Assembly: GCA_038736355.1 (NCBI GenBank) | Contig: JAVYML010000003.1 | Span: 285,314-349,313, forward strand | DNA length: 64,000 bases | Source of the DNA: Candidatus Hadarchaeales archaeon | Lineage (GTDB): Archaea > Hadarchaeota > Hadarchaeia > Hadarchaeales > WYZ-LMO6 | Direction of reading: 5' to 3' | Notes under the pieces: generated by a model | Told to the model about the DNA's origin: nothing | The model's database searches: none | The model's input: the letters and a program-made list of their open reading frames with translations, nothing else | Shown here: piece after piece, positions 35,407 through 43,603 of the stretch | How positions within the stretch are numbered: the stretch's first letter is position 1 | How the letters are laid out: the number at the start of each line of letters is the position of its first letter | Program-made: the position numbers and the translations under genes

Positions 35407-36203
35407 ACCAAGATTTCACCCTTTCCAGAACAGGCTAAATCCCCATCGTATCTCTCGTATTTCCCTTTTAGATGTTCTTCCCTTACGGGCAATCCCTCGC
35501 GTTGGAGGTACCGGAGGAGGAGGGGAAGGAAGGAGGGGAGATAGAGACAGCTGTACTGAAAGGTGGGAAGGAGGGGGGGTCTCTTGAAAGCCAGGATGGT
35601 TCCCCTCTCCATTCCTCCTCCCGCCCCCTCACCCATTTCTCCAAAACAAACGATCGTTCCTCCCGTCATGAGGGCGCCGGCAAAATCTCCCATTCTTCCC
35701 TCCACCACTATTATTCCCCTCCTCATCTTTTCTCCCACCTCCCTCCCGGCTTCTCCCCTCACGATGATCGTCCCTCCCTTCATCCCCACCTTGGATCCAC
35801 GATAGGCTGCCCCCACCAAGTTTCCCGCCTTACCCCTCACCTCTATCCTCCCGCCACTCATCTCCGCCCCCATCCAGTCACCCACTTCCCCCTCCACGAA
35901 GATTTCACCTCCCTTCATCTCCCTTCCCAAATGCATTCCCACCTTTCCCTTTACCTCAATCCTTCCCCTCGTCATCCCGGCTCCCACATGCTTCACCCTG
36001 CCGAAATCACCCTCCAACCTCAGGACCTCCCCCTCCCCCCTCTCCTCCACCGAGAAGAGCTCCTCCACCCTTTTCCTCCTCCTTCCGTAGAGCACCTCCA
36101 TCCTCCCTATTTCCCCCGCCGACTTACCACACAGGTGCTCAGGACTCAGGATTTCCGCTTCCACCGGAACCTTGAAGGGGCCCTTTGGTCTGAGAACGAT
36201 CAC
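35385..36203 (-). CDS. fwdC: formylmethanofuran dehydrogenase subunit C
   Basis: 272 aa. Repeated beta-helix units G.M.GG.I.V.G.(A/V)G (for example GAEMSGGRIEVRGKAGNLVG, MKGGTIIVRGEAGREVG). Confidence 0.85.
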   Translation of the reverse strand: MIVLRPKGPFKVPVEAEILSPEHLCGKSAGEIGRMEVLYGRRRKRVEELFSVEERGEGEVLRLEGDFGRVKHVGAGMTRGRIEVKGKVGMHLGREMKGGEIFVEGEVGDWMGAEMSGGRIEVRGKAGNLVGAAYRGSKVGMKGGTIIVRGEAGREVGEKMRRGIIVVEGRMGDFAGALMTGGTIVCFGEMGEGAGGGMERGTILAFKRPPLLPTFQYSCLYLPSFLPLLLRYLQREGLPVREEHLKGKYERYDGDLACSGKGEILVWREGTC

Positions 36204-37087
36204 TTCATCACCTCCCTCAGGTAAAAGAGGTACTTGCCCAGCTTGCCCCCGTAGTTACCGGCCGAAATCCTCTTTATACCCTTAACCGAACATGCCCCCT
36301 CTATTCCCACCCTCATCGCCCTCCTCACACTCTCCTCATCCAAGCCATTGATCACTATCTCGAGCACGCAGTTAACCCCTTCCGGGACTTTGCTCTTCAC
36401 CAACGGCCTCAGGGTGGGACAGTACTCGGTGTTGGTGGAAGCCCTCAAAAATTTGTACTTGGAACCCACCTTACTCCCACTCCTCACCACCCCGCCGGGG
36501 AAGGGGGCCACCACCCCTTCCACCTTCCTTATCCTCTCGACGGCCCTTTCCGCGGCCTCCAGCGTACAATCCTCATCCTCACCCAAGATGAGGAAATTCC
36601 CCCCTCCCACCGCCCTCTTTATTCCGAACTCCTCCTCAACCAAGAACTCCCCCTCCATCACGGGAATCCTCCAGAACCTTTTTCCCTCCAACCTCTTGGA
36701 GAGCTGGAAGCCATCCCCAAAGAACCTCAGCTTGGCCCCTACCTTGACGCTCTTTTCTCCCTGCAAACCGTTGAAACAGGAAGTGGTGGGACAGGTCATG
36801 ATGCACTGCCCTATCCTGCGGAGGAGCTGATCCTCCAAATCCTTCTCCGACATGGCGAAGAGGAGGAGGCTCGCTCCCGGCCTGCCATCGGGGGTTTCCT
36901 GCGGACTCAGCCACCTCTCCACCCCTGCCTCCGCCCCGCAGGCTATCACGGAAGTGGCAAAGCCCGTGGCGGTGAGGGCGGCGTTTCTCACCCACTCCTC
37001 GTTCTTGGCCGTTACGATTACCCTCGCAGCCCTCATGCCGAAAGCCTCGGCGAAGGTATCTTCTATCTCCACCCCATTCACCTGCAA
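36200..37087 (-). CDS. ftr: formylmethanofuran:tetrahydromethanopterin N-formyltransferase
   Basis: 295 aa. The N-terminus MQVNGVEIEDTFAEAFGMRAARVIVTA is the conserved Ftr start. Confidence 0.9.
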   Translation of the reverse strand: MQVNGVEIEDTFAEAFGMRAARVIVTAKNEEWVRNAALTATGFATSVIACGAEAGVERWLSPQETPDGRPGASLLLFAMSEKDLEDQLLRRIGQCIMTCPTTSCFNGLQGEKSVKVGAKLRFFGDGFQLSKRLEGKRFWRIPVMEGEFLVEEEFGIKRAVGGGNFLILGEDEDCTLEAAERAVERIRKVEGVVAPFPGGVVRSGSKVGSKYKFLRASTNTEYCPTLRPLVKSKVPEGVNCVLEIVINGLDEESVRRAMRVGIEGACSVKGIKRISAGNYGGKLGKYLFYLREVMK

Positions 37088-38694
37088 GGTATCACCTCGC
37101 TCTTCGGGAGGTACTCCAGCTCAACGGGATAGTTTTCTAGGGAAACGGTGTAATATTTCTCGAAGTCCTGCTTGGCATCCTCGGGCAGTTCGCCGGGGGG
37201 ACTCACCCAGAAGGTTCTTCCCCACACCTCCTTCACCACCTTCCCATCCTTCACCACCACTTCCCCATCCTTGATCACGTATTTGGCCCTGGAGAAGGAA
37301 CCCTCGATGTCCTCCTCCTTGAATTCGTAGATGGCCACGTCCGCATCGGCCCCCACTCCCAGGTGTCCCTTTCTCTTCAAGCCGAGCAACTTGGCAGGTC
37401 CCGCCCTGGTGACGATGGCTATCTCGTAAAGGGAGTATTCCCTGTCCAAGCTTGGGAGGGTGGAGCGGGAGGAGGCTGCCCTGTGGATCTCGGAGAGGGT
37501 TTTCTCCCTAGCCCTCTTGCTCATCAGCCACTCGATCACCTTTGGATAATGGTAAAAGGGTCCGGCGTTGGGATGATCGGTAGTGAGCACCACTTTCCAG
37601 GGATCCTTCACCAAAAGGGCTACTTCCAGACCTATGGTCCATTGGACGGCATTCACCAGGGACTTGGGTTTGAAGGTATAGGGAACGATCCCAGCCCCTA
37701 CCTCCATCTCCACGTCGGAATTGTACCATTTGTTTCCCGTGAGCTTGAAGAGGTTGTACTGCCAGGGACCATCCGCAGTCATGGTAGTGGCCTCCCCGAA
37801 GATGACTTGCCCCAAGTCACAGGTGGCGTTGGGCGATTCATCGATGGCCTTAGCCACCTCCGGCGCGGCGGAGGAAAGGGTGGCCCAATTTTCCCCCCCA
37901 TAGGAGTTGAATTGGATGTGGGTGATGTGGACCCTTCCCCCCTGGGCCACCACCGTCTTCACCGTATCGATCACTATCCCGAATTTCCCCGGCGTTCCCA
38001 GTTTGTTACAATGGACATGGATGGGATGGGGGAGTCCCAGTTCCTCGTTCACCCTACTCAGACCCTTTATGATCTCCCTGGGAGTCACCCCATAATTCTC
38101 CACCCTATCATCCAACCCCTCCACGTTCTTACCCCACTTCCAATTCTCCACCCCACCCGGATTCACCAGCTTGATGGCATAACCTTTGGTGGCCTTGAGA
38201 AGCCAACCCACATAATTCCTGAGCTTCTCCCAGTTACCTTCCGCTATGTACTTCATCACGAAGTGGTTGTTGCCCATCAGGGTATAGGCCCCCTTATCCA
38301 CCATGGGTATATCGCAGAGCTCCTCGTGTACGTGTCTGGCGGTGAGGGGTGGCATGGCCGCCTCCATCACGGTGGTATAACCCAAAATGGCATACCTGTA
38401 ACCCGTGACATAGGTGGTGGGGACCGTATATCCCGTCCCGCTCCTCGTCACCTCCGTCCTGGGCACGGGATCCCTGCGATGATCCTCAGGCCTCATCAAC
38501 CTTCCCAGGTTCACCTTGGACCCGGCGATATGGCTGTGGAGATCCACCCCTCCCGGAAAAACGATCATTCCGGAGGCGTCTATGACCTCCCCCCTCGCCT
38601 CCTCCACGATTTTCCCATCTTCGATGAAGAGGTCCATTTTTTCTCCTTCGATTCCGTTGAGGGGATCGTAAACCGTTCCGTTTTTGATGATCAT
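37078..38694 (-). CDS. fwdA: formylmethanofuran dehydrogenase subunit A (amidohydrolase fold)
   Basis: 538 aa. MIIKNGTVYDP start, GGVDLHSHIAG metal-binding motif, HITHIQFNSYGG. Confidence 0.9.
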   Translation of the reverse strand: MIIKNGTVYDPLNGIEGEKMDLFIEDGKIVEEARGEVIDASGMIVFPGGVDLHSHIAGSKVNLGRLMRPEDHRRDPVPRTEVTRSGTGYTVPTTYVTGYRYAILGYTTVMEAAMPPLTARHVHEELCDIPMVDKGAYTLMGNNHFVMKYIAEGNWEKLRNYVGWLLKATKGYAIKLVNPGGVENWKWGKNVEGLDDRVENYGVTPREIIKGLSRVNEELGLPHPIHVHCNKLGTPGKFGIVIDTVKTVVAQGGRVHITHIQFNSYGGENWATLSSAAPEVAKAIDESPNATCDLGQVIFGEATTMTADGPWQYNLFKLTGNKWYNSDVEMEVGAGIVPYTFKPKSLVNAVQWTIGLEVALLVKDPWKVVLTTDHPNAGPFYHYPKVIEWLMSKRAREKTLSEIHRAASSRSTLPSLDREYSLYEIAIVTRAGPAKLLGLKRKGHLGVGADADVAIYEFKEEDIEGSFSRAKYVIKDGEVVVKDGKVVKEVWGRTFWVSPPGELPEDAKQDFEKYYTVSLENYPVELEYLPKSEVIPCR

Positions 38695-39956
38695 CCTCCC
38701 ACCCTTTCGATGATCTTCTCCAGGATTTCCCTATCCGGCAGATAGGGGGAAGCCACGAGCTTCTTCAGCCTGAGCGGGATCCCATCCATTCTGTAAGCCG
38801 TTCCGTCGCACTCTATACCCACTATGGCGGAAGGAATAACCACCTTCGCAAGCTTGGTGGTCAGACTCACCTTGGGATCTATTACGATGGTGGGTATGGA
38901 AGCGAGATGACGTACGGCCCCAGCGGGGAAGTGGGCCGCAGGATCCGAAGCCAAAATGAGGGCCGCATCACACTCCCCCCTGTAAAGGAGGTCCACTGCC
39001 GAAAATTCTCCGGGATTGTAAACGGGATAACCCCTGCTGAAATTTATGGCAAAGGGATAACCGGTAAGCCAGGTGAGTACCTCATTGGCCCCGGCGACGT
39101 TGAAGTGGCCCCTCATGGGCATGATGAGGAACTTCGTGTAATCGTTCAGATCCCTCACCAGACGGAGGGCTGCATCTATGTTGAGGTTTTTGCCCTTCGA
39201 CATGGTGAGACCCATCCCGAAGAAGATGATGCCGAACTTACACCCCTTCATCCGCTCCGCCAGCTCCTTTATCTTCTCCCCCGGTACTCCCGCCGCCTCC
39301 TTCACCTCATACCCCCTCACGGCCGCCCTCAGGGCGGAAAGGAGTTCGTAATCCTTTCCTTCCTTTACCCTGATGAATTGGTTCACCATCTTCGAAGTCC
39401 TGGTTTCCCTCACGTCCACGTGAACCGTGAACCTCTCCTTCTTCCCCTGCCTGTACATCCCCAGGGGGGTAATGGAATACCTCACGGGATGGCGGATGTG
39501 GGCCTCTGCCGGATTACAGCCCCAGAAGACCACTAGATCCGCTCTGTTCTTAACCTCGCCGAGGGTACATTTGACCGCCCCACATTCTTGAGCTGCCAAG
39601 ACCGTGGGTCCATGACAGGTGGAAGAGGTATTGTCCAGGCTGGCACCCGTCAGCTCGGCGAGCCTGACGGCGAGCCTCTGGGCCTCCGCCTCCGTGGAGC
39701 TCAAACCGTAAATGAGGGGGAAATCTGCCTCCCTGAGGATGCGGGCGGCTTCCTCTATGGCTTCCTCCACCCTTACTTCCCTCCCATCCACCATGGGCTT
39801 GGCCCTGTCCTCGGCATGGGAAAGGAACTTCGATCTGGAAACGGGGCAAGCGTTCTTCGTGGAAAGGATTTTTCCATCCTCCACTTCCACTTCCAGATCG
39901 TCGCAAAGGCAACCGCAGAAGGGACAGACCACGCCCTTATACAGAACCAAGCTCAC
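38691..39956 (-). CDS. fwdB: formylmethanofuran dehydrogenase subunit B (molybdo/tungstopterin subunit, Cys type)
   Basis: 421 aa. N-terminal 4Fe-4S motif VCPFCGCLCDDLEV and active-site region SSTCHGPTV. It is Cys type, with no in-frame TGA. Confidence 0.9.
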   Translation of the reverse strand: MSLVLYKGVVCPFCGCLCDDLEVEVEDGKILSTKNACPVSRSKFLSHAEDRAKPMVDGREVRVEEAIEEAARILREADFPLIYGLSSTEAEAQRLAVRLAELTGASLDNTSSTCHGPTVLAAQECGAVKCTLGEVKNRADLVVFWGCNPAEAHIRHPVRYSITPLGMYRQGKKERFTVHVDVRETRTSKMVNQFIRVKEGKDYELLSALRAAVRGYEVKEAAGVPGEKIKELAERMKGCKFGIIFFGMGLTMSKGKNLNIDAALRLVRDLNDYTKFLIMPMRGHFNVAGANEVLTWLTGYPFAINFSRGYPVYNPGEFSAVDLLYRGECDAALILASDPAAHFPAGAVRHLASIPTIVIDPKVSLTTKLAKVVIPSAIVGIECDGTAYRMDGIPLRLKKLVASPYLPDREILEKIIERVGG

Positions 39957-40329
39957 CCCTCCATCTCTTCACCAATTCCTCCAGGGGGGTGGGCTTCTCC
40001 CCCGGGGCCTTCGTAAGGCGGGCCTTCAAGCCCTTCAGGGAAGGCATGCCCGTTCCCTCCGTGAGGGGACTGGTAAGGAAGTTGGCCCAGGGACCCATCG
40101 GCATGAAAACCGTTCCCCTCTCCGTATTACCAAAAACGCATCTCACCACCACGGAACCGAACTCCGTGCTCACCCTGACCGTCTCCCCCTCCTTCACCCC
40201 TATGAGACTGGCATCCTCCGGATGGACAAAGACCACTGCCACTTTCTCAGAATATTCCGGAGAGGTTTTCCCCTTCTCCATGCTCACGCCTTGGTCCACC
40301 GTTCTACCGGTGTTCAGAAAGACTTCCAA
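39937..40329 (-). CDS. fwdD: formylmethanofuran dehydrogenase subunit D
   Basis: 130 aa. LNTGRTVDQG start and a molybdopterin-dinucleotide-binding beta-barrel-like sequence. TTG start at 40329. Confidence 0.8.
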   Translation of the reverse strand: MEVFLNTGRTVDQGVSMEKGKTSPEYSEKVAVVFVHPEDASLIGVKEGETVRVSTEFGSVVVRCVFGNTERGTVFMPMGPWANFLTSPLTEGTGMPSLKGLKARLTKAPGEKPTPLEELVKRWRGELGSV

Positions 40330-40353
40330 GGAAACCTTCTCTTTCCTTTCCCC

Positions 40354-40365
40354 AAAAATTTAAAT
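40354..40365. promoter_or_regulatory. palindromic A/T block AAAAATTTAAAT shared by divergent fwdD and mtd
   Basis: Centred about 30 nt from the fwdD start (40329, minus strand) and about 29 nt from the mtd ATG (40389, plus strand). Confidence 0.4.
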
Positions 40366-40388
40366 GTTTTCCCATCTCATTTTGGCCG

Positions 40389-41222
40389 ATGTTTTCAAAG
40401 GTGAGGATAGGAGTGGTGAAAGTAGGGAACATAGGCACCTCCACCATGATAGATCTCCTCTTGGATGAGAGGGCGGAAAGGGAGGACATCGACTTCAGGA
40501 TAGTCGGATCGGGTCCCAAAATGCAGGAAGAGGATTGTAAGGAATGCGCCCAGAAGATTTTGGAGTTCAATCCCCACCTAGTCCTGATCGTGAGCCCCAA
40601 TCCTGCCCTGCCCGGACCAACCGCTGCCAGGAGAATAGTGGCTGGGGCGGGGAAGCCCGTGATAGTGATAGGGGATGCCCCCGGGAAGAAAGCGGTTCCG
40701 GACCTGGAAAAGGAGGGAATGGGCTACCTGCTGATCGAGGCCGATGCCATGATAGGGGCGAGAAGGGAATTCCTGGATCCGGCCGAGATGGCCCTCTTCA
40801 ACGCCAACGTAATAAAGGTCCTAGCCGCCACGGGTGCCTTCAACGTGATCTGTGAGGAAGTGGAAAAGGCCATAGAGGGGATAAAGAAGGGTTCACCCTA
40901 TTTGCCCAGGGTGGTGATCACGAGGCAAAAGGCGGTGGAAGCGGCGGGTTTCCAGAACCCGTATGCGCTGGCCAAGGCCATGGCTGCCTACGAGATGGCC
41001 AAGAAGGTGGCGGATCTTTCGGTGGAGGGATGCTTCAAGATGAAGGAGATGAAGGAGTATGTTCCCACGGTGGCTTCCTCCCATGAAATGATGGAAACCG
41101 CGGCGAAGTTGGCGGGTGAAGCTAGGGAACTGGAAAAGGCCACGGACTCCCTCCTGAGGAGGCCCCATGCCGACGACGGCAAACTGCTCTCCAAGAGGAA
41201 ATTGATGGAAAAACCAGGTTAA
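40389..41222 (+). CDS. mtd: F420-dependent methylenetetrahydromethanopterin dehydrogenase
   Basis: 277 aa. The N-terminus VRIGVVKVGNIGTSTMIDLLLDERA matches the conserved Mtd start, and the length is typical. Confidence 0.9.
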   Translation: MFSKVRIGVVKVGNIGTSTMIDLLLDERAEREDIDFRIVGSGPKMQEEDCKECAQKILEFNPHLVLIVSPNPALPGPTAARRIVAGAGKPVIVIGDAPGKKAVPDLEKEGMGYLLIEADAMIGARREFLDPAEMALFNANVIKVLAATGAFNVICEEVEKAIEGIKKGSPYLPRVVITRQKAVEAAGFQNPYALAKAMAAYEMAKKVADLSVEGCFKMKEMKEYVPTVASSHEMMETAAKLAGEARELEKATDSLLRRPHADDGKLLSKRKLMEKPG

Positions 41223-41228
41223 GGGGAC

Positions 41229-42170
41229 TTGAAAGAGATTTTGGTAAGTGCCCCATCGAGATTGCATCTGGGAATCCTCGATCCCTCGGGAAGGAATGGA
41301 AGGATTTACGGTGGTTTGGGGGTTGCCCTACTGAAACCGAGGGTGAGGGTGAGGATTTCCCCCTCCTCCTCTTTAGAAATTTCTGGACCCTCGGCCAAAA
41401 CCGCCAGGGAGAAGCTCTCCCCCCTCTTGAGAAGGCTGGGAGAGAGGGGGGCGAGGATAGAAATCTTGGAAAGTATTCCCGAACATTCCGGACTGGGCTC
41501 CACCACCCAGCTCTCCTTGGCGGTGGGGATGGGACTGGTCAAGCTCTTCGGATCCAAGCTTTCGGTGGAGGAAGTGAGCGAAGTGATGGGGAGGGGATGG
41601 TTTTCGGGAGTGGGAACCCATCTCTTCAAACGGGGCGGTTTCGTGCTGGAAGGGGGAAGAAAAAAGGAGGGTGGTCTTCCGCCCCTTCTCTTCCACTCCC
41701 CCTTCCCAGAGGAATGGAAGTTCGTGGTGGCCCTTCCCCCCTCAAGGGGTTTGGATGAGAGGGAGGAACGGAAGGTCTTCGAGAGGATCTCCCCTCCCCC
41801 GGAAGAAGTGGGAAGGGCTTGCAGGCTTGTCTTGATGAAGATGCTTCCGGCCTTGGTGGAAAGGGACCTTTTGGCCTTTGGTTCCTCCCTCACCGAGCTT
41901 CAGCGGGTGGTGGGAGGCTATTTCAAAGAAGTGCAGGGGGGAATCTTTGGAAGTCCCCTCCTCGAAGAAACGATAGAGTTCATGCTGGAGGAAGGAGCGG
42001 TGGGGGGAGGGCAGAGCTCTTGGGGACCAGCAGTTTACGGTCTGGTGGGTGGGGAAGAAAGGGCCAAAGCCTTGGAGGAAAAGGTCGAAAGGTTTTTGGA
42101 AAAAAGGGGAGGGGGAAAAGTCTTCAGCTCGGGAGTGGACAACAAAGGGGCCAGATTTTTAAGGCGCTGA
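41229..42170 (+). CDS. beta-ribofuranosylaminobenzene 5'-phosphate (beta-RFAP) synthase-like GHMP protein
   Basis: 313 aa. APSRLHLGILDPSG start and EHSGLGSTTQLSLAVG GHMP motif, as I recall for methanopterin beta-RFAP synthase. TTG start. Confidence 0.7.
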   Translation: MKEILVSAPSRLHLGILDPSGRNGRIYGGLGVALLKPRVRVRISPSSSLEISGPSAKTAREKLSPLLRRLGERGARIEILESIPEHSGLGSTTQLSLAVGMGLVKLFGSKLSVEEVSEVMGRGWFSGVGTHLFKRGGFVLEGGRKKEGGLPPLLFHSPFPEEWKFVVALPPSRGLDEREERKVFERISPPPEEVGRACRLVLMKMLPALVERDLLAFGSSLTELQRVVGGYFKEVQGGIFGSPLLEETIEFMLEEGAVGGGQSSWGPAVYGLVGGEERAKALEEKVERFLEKRGGGKVFSSGVDNKGARFLRR

Positions 42171-43520
42171 ATCCTTCGAATGCACCTTCCCCCTAGCCAG
42201 GGAGAAGAAGATTCCGAGGAAACAGAGGAGGGAGAAGAGGAGGAAGAGGACTCTGGCCGTATCCATGAAGGAGGGATAGACCTCGGGCTCAAGCTTCTTC
42301 CTTCCCAAGCTCAGGGAGAGGACCATGGTGGTTATTCCCATGCTCATGGTTTGTCCCACCTGCCTCATCGTTCCCAGGGTGGCAGAAGCAACACCGTAGA
42401 ACTCCCTTTCCACGGAACTCATCACCGCATTGGTGTTGGGGGAAGAGAAGAGGGCGAATCCCAGTCCCAAAAGGGAAAGACTGAGTATTACTTGGAGCAG
42501 AGGAGTTTCTCCTCCCAAGAAGATGAGGGAAAAGAGTCCAAGGGAGGTGAGGCCCATTCCCAGGGAGGCTACTAGCTGCGGCTCCACCCTGTCCGACCAT
42601 TTTCCAGCGAGGGGAGAAAGGAGGGTTTGAAGGAGGGGCTGTACCATCATAACCGTTCCCGCTTCACCCGCGGAGAGGGAACGGGGATGTTGGAGGTAAA
42701 GACTCAGGAGAAAGGTTACGGCATAGGTAGCGCTGTAGTTGATGAGGGCTGCCAAGTTGGAAAAGAGGAAAACCCTATTGTCCCTGAAGAGGAGGGGGTT
42801 TATCATGGGTTCCTTTCTGATCCTTTCGAGGAAAAGGAAGAGGAGGAGGAAGAGAGAGCCGAGGAAGAGGGAGGAAAAACCGAGAGGGGAAGGGAGGGAG
42901 GAAAGTCCATAGATGAGGAGGACGAGCGTAACCACGTAAGCGAGGGAGCTGGGGAGGTCAAAACTTCCCTTGCTTCCGGCCTCCTCCTCCAACCTGAGGG
43001 AAAGGAGGAGGATGGAAAGGGAGAGGAGGGAAGAGAAGAAGAAGAGGCTCCTCCATCCAAGGCTCTGGGTCATGATTCCTCCCAAAAAGGGACCCAAGAG
43101 GAGCCCCGAATAAACGGCAGCCGTGTTTATTCCCAAAACCCTTCCCCTCTCCTCGGGAAAGGCCGAGGAGAGGAGGGCCACGGTCGTGGACAACACCATT
43201 GCGCTTCCCACTCCCTGAAGTACCCTCGAGGAGAGGAAGAAGGGAAAGGAGGGGGAAAGGGAAGAGAAAAGGGTGGAGAAAAAGAGAAGGGCGAGCCCTA
43301 CCAGGAAGAATTTTTTCCTACCTTTGAGGTCCGCCAATCTTCCGAAGGGAAGGAGGAGGGCCGCAGAACTGAGGAGGAAGGAAGTGTTGACCCAGCCCAA
43401 GAGGACCGCATCCACCTGGAATTCCCTCTGAAGGGAGGGGAGGGCGAGGTTAACGGAAGAACCCAAGAAGGGGGTAAGGAAGGAGGCGGCCGCCACCGTC
43501 GCCAGCAGGCCCAGGCGCAT
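42159..43520 (-). CDS. MFS transporter (14-TM drug:H+ antiporter-like)
   Basis: 453 aa. About 14 hydrophobic segments and the MFS loop motif GRLADLKGRKK between TM2 and TM3. Confidence 0.85.
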   Translation of the reverse strand: MRLGLLATVAAASFLTPFLGSSVNLALPSLQREFQVDAVLLGWVNTSFLLSSAALLLPFGRLADLKGRKKFFLVGLALLFFSTLFSSLSPSFPFFLSSRVLQGVGSAMVLSTTVALLSSAFPEERGRVLGINTAAVYSGLLLGPFLGGIMTQSLGWRSLFFFSSLLSLSILLLSLRLEEEAGSKGSFDLPSSLAYVVTLVLLIYGLSSLPSPLGFSSLFLGSLFLLLFLFLERIRKEPMINPLLFRDNRVFLFSNLAALINYSATYAVTFLLSLYLQHPRSLSAGEAGTVMMVQPLLQTLLSPLAGKWSDRVEPQLVASLGMGLTSLGLFSLIFLGGETPLLQVILSLSLLGLGFALFSSPNTNAVMSSVEREFYGVASATLGTMRQVGQTMSMGITTMVLSLSLGRKKLEPEVYPSFMDTARVLFLLFSLLCFLGIFFSLARGKVHSKDSAP

Positions 43521-43603
43521 GCTTCACCTTCCTGAGAAAGACCGGCTAGATAAAAGTTAAATATCGGGTGTGTTTCAATTAGCCGTTAAATCCGGGTGAA
43601 CTC

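Noticed and set aside
37363-38745. 460-aa plus-strand ORF. Similar very long ORFs occur at 52837-54210 (-), 47054-48103 (-), 46052-47005 (-), 20419-21465 (+), 17483-18226 (-), 56843-57721 (-) and 58715-59590 (-).
   Set aside because: All are fully nested antisense to genes with strong family motifs (fwdA, thiI/NTPase, the FAD oxidoreductase, nnrE-DUF523, RACo, and others). Their translations are low-complexity (P/G/H/L/S-rich) with no motifs. The sense strands are rich in GAR/AAG/GGN codons, which leaves the complement poor in stop codons, so these are shadow ORFs.
38691-39956. Selenocysteine or other recoding in fwdB, and likewise in hydA (10934-12214).
   Set aside because: Both ORFs are uninterrupted. 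The active-site positions are ordinary Cys codons (SSTCHG in FwdB; RICAIC and DPCISC in HydA). No in-frame TGA is present.
42627-43535. 302-aa extremely Glu/Gly/Lys/Arg-rich ORF that looks like a charged repeat protein.
   Set aside because: It lies antisense to a well-formed 14-TM MFS transporter. Complementing Leu/Phe/Ser-rich membrane codons (CTC/TTC/CTT/TCC) produces the GAG/GAA/AAG/GGA runs.
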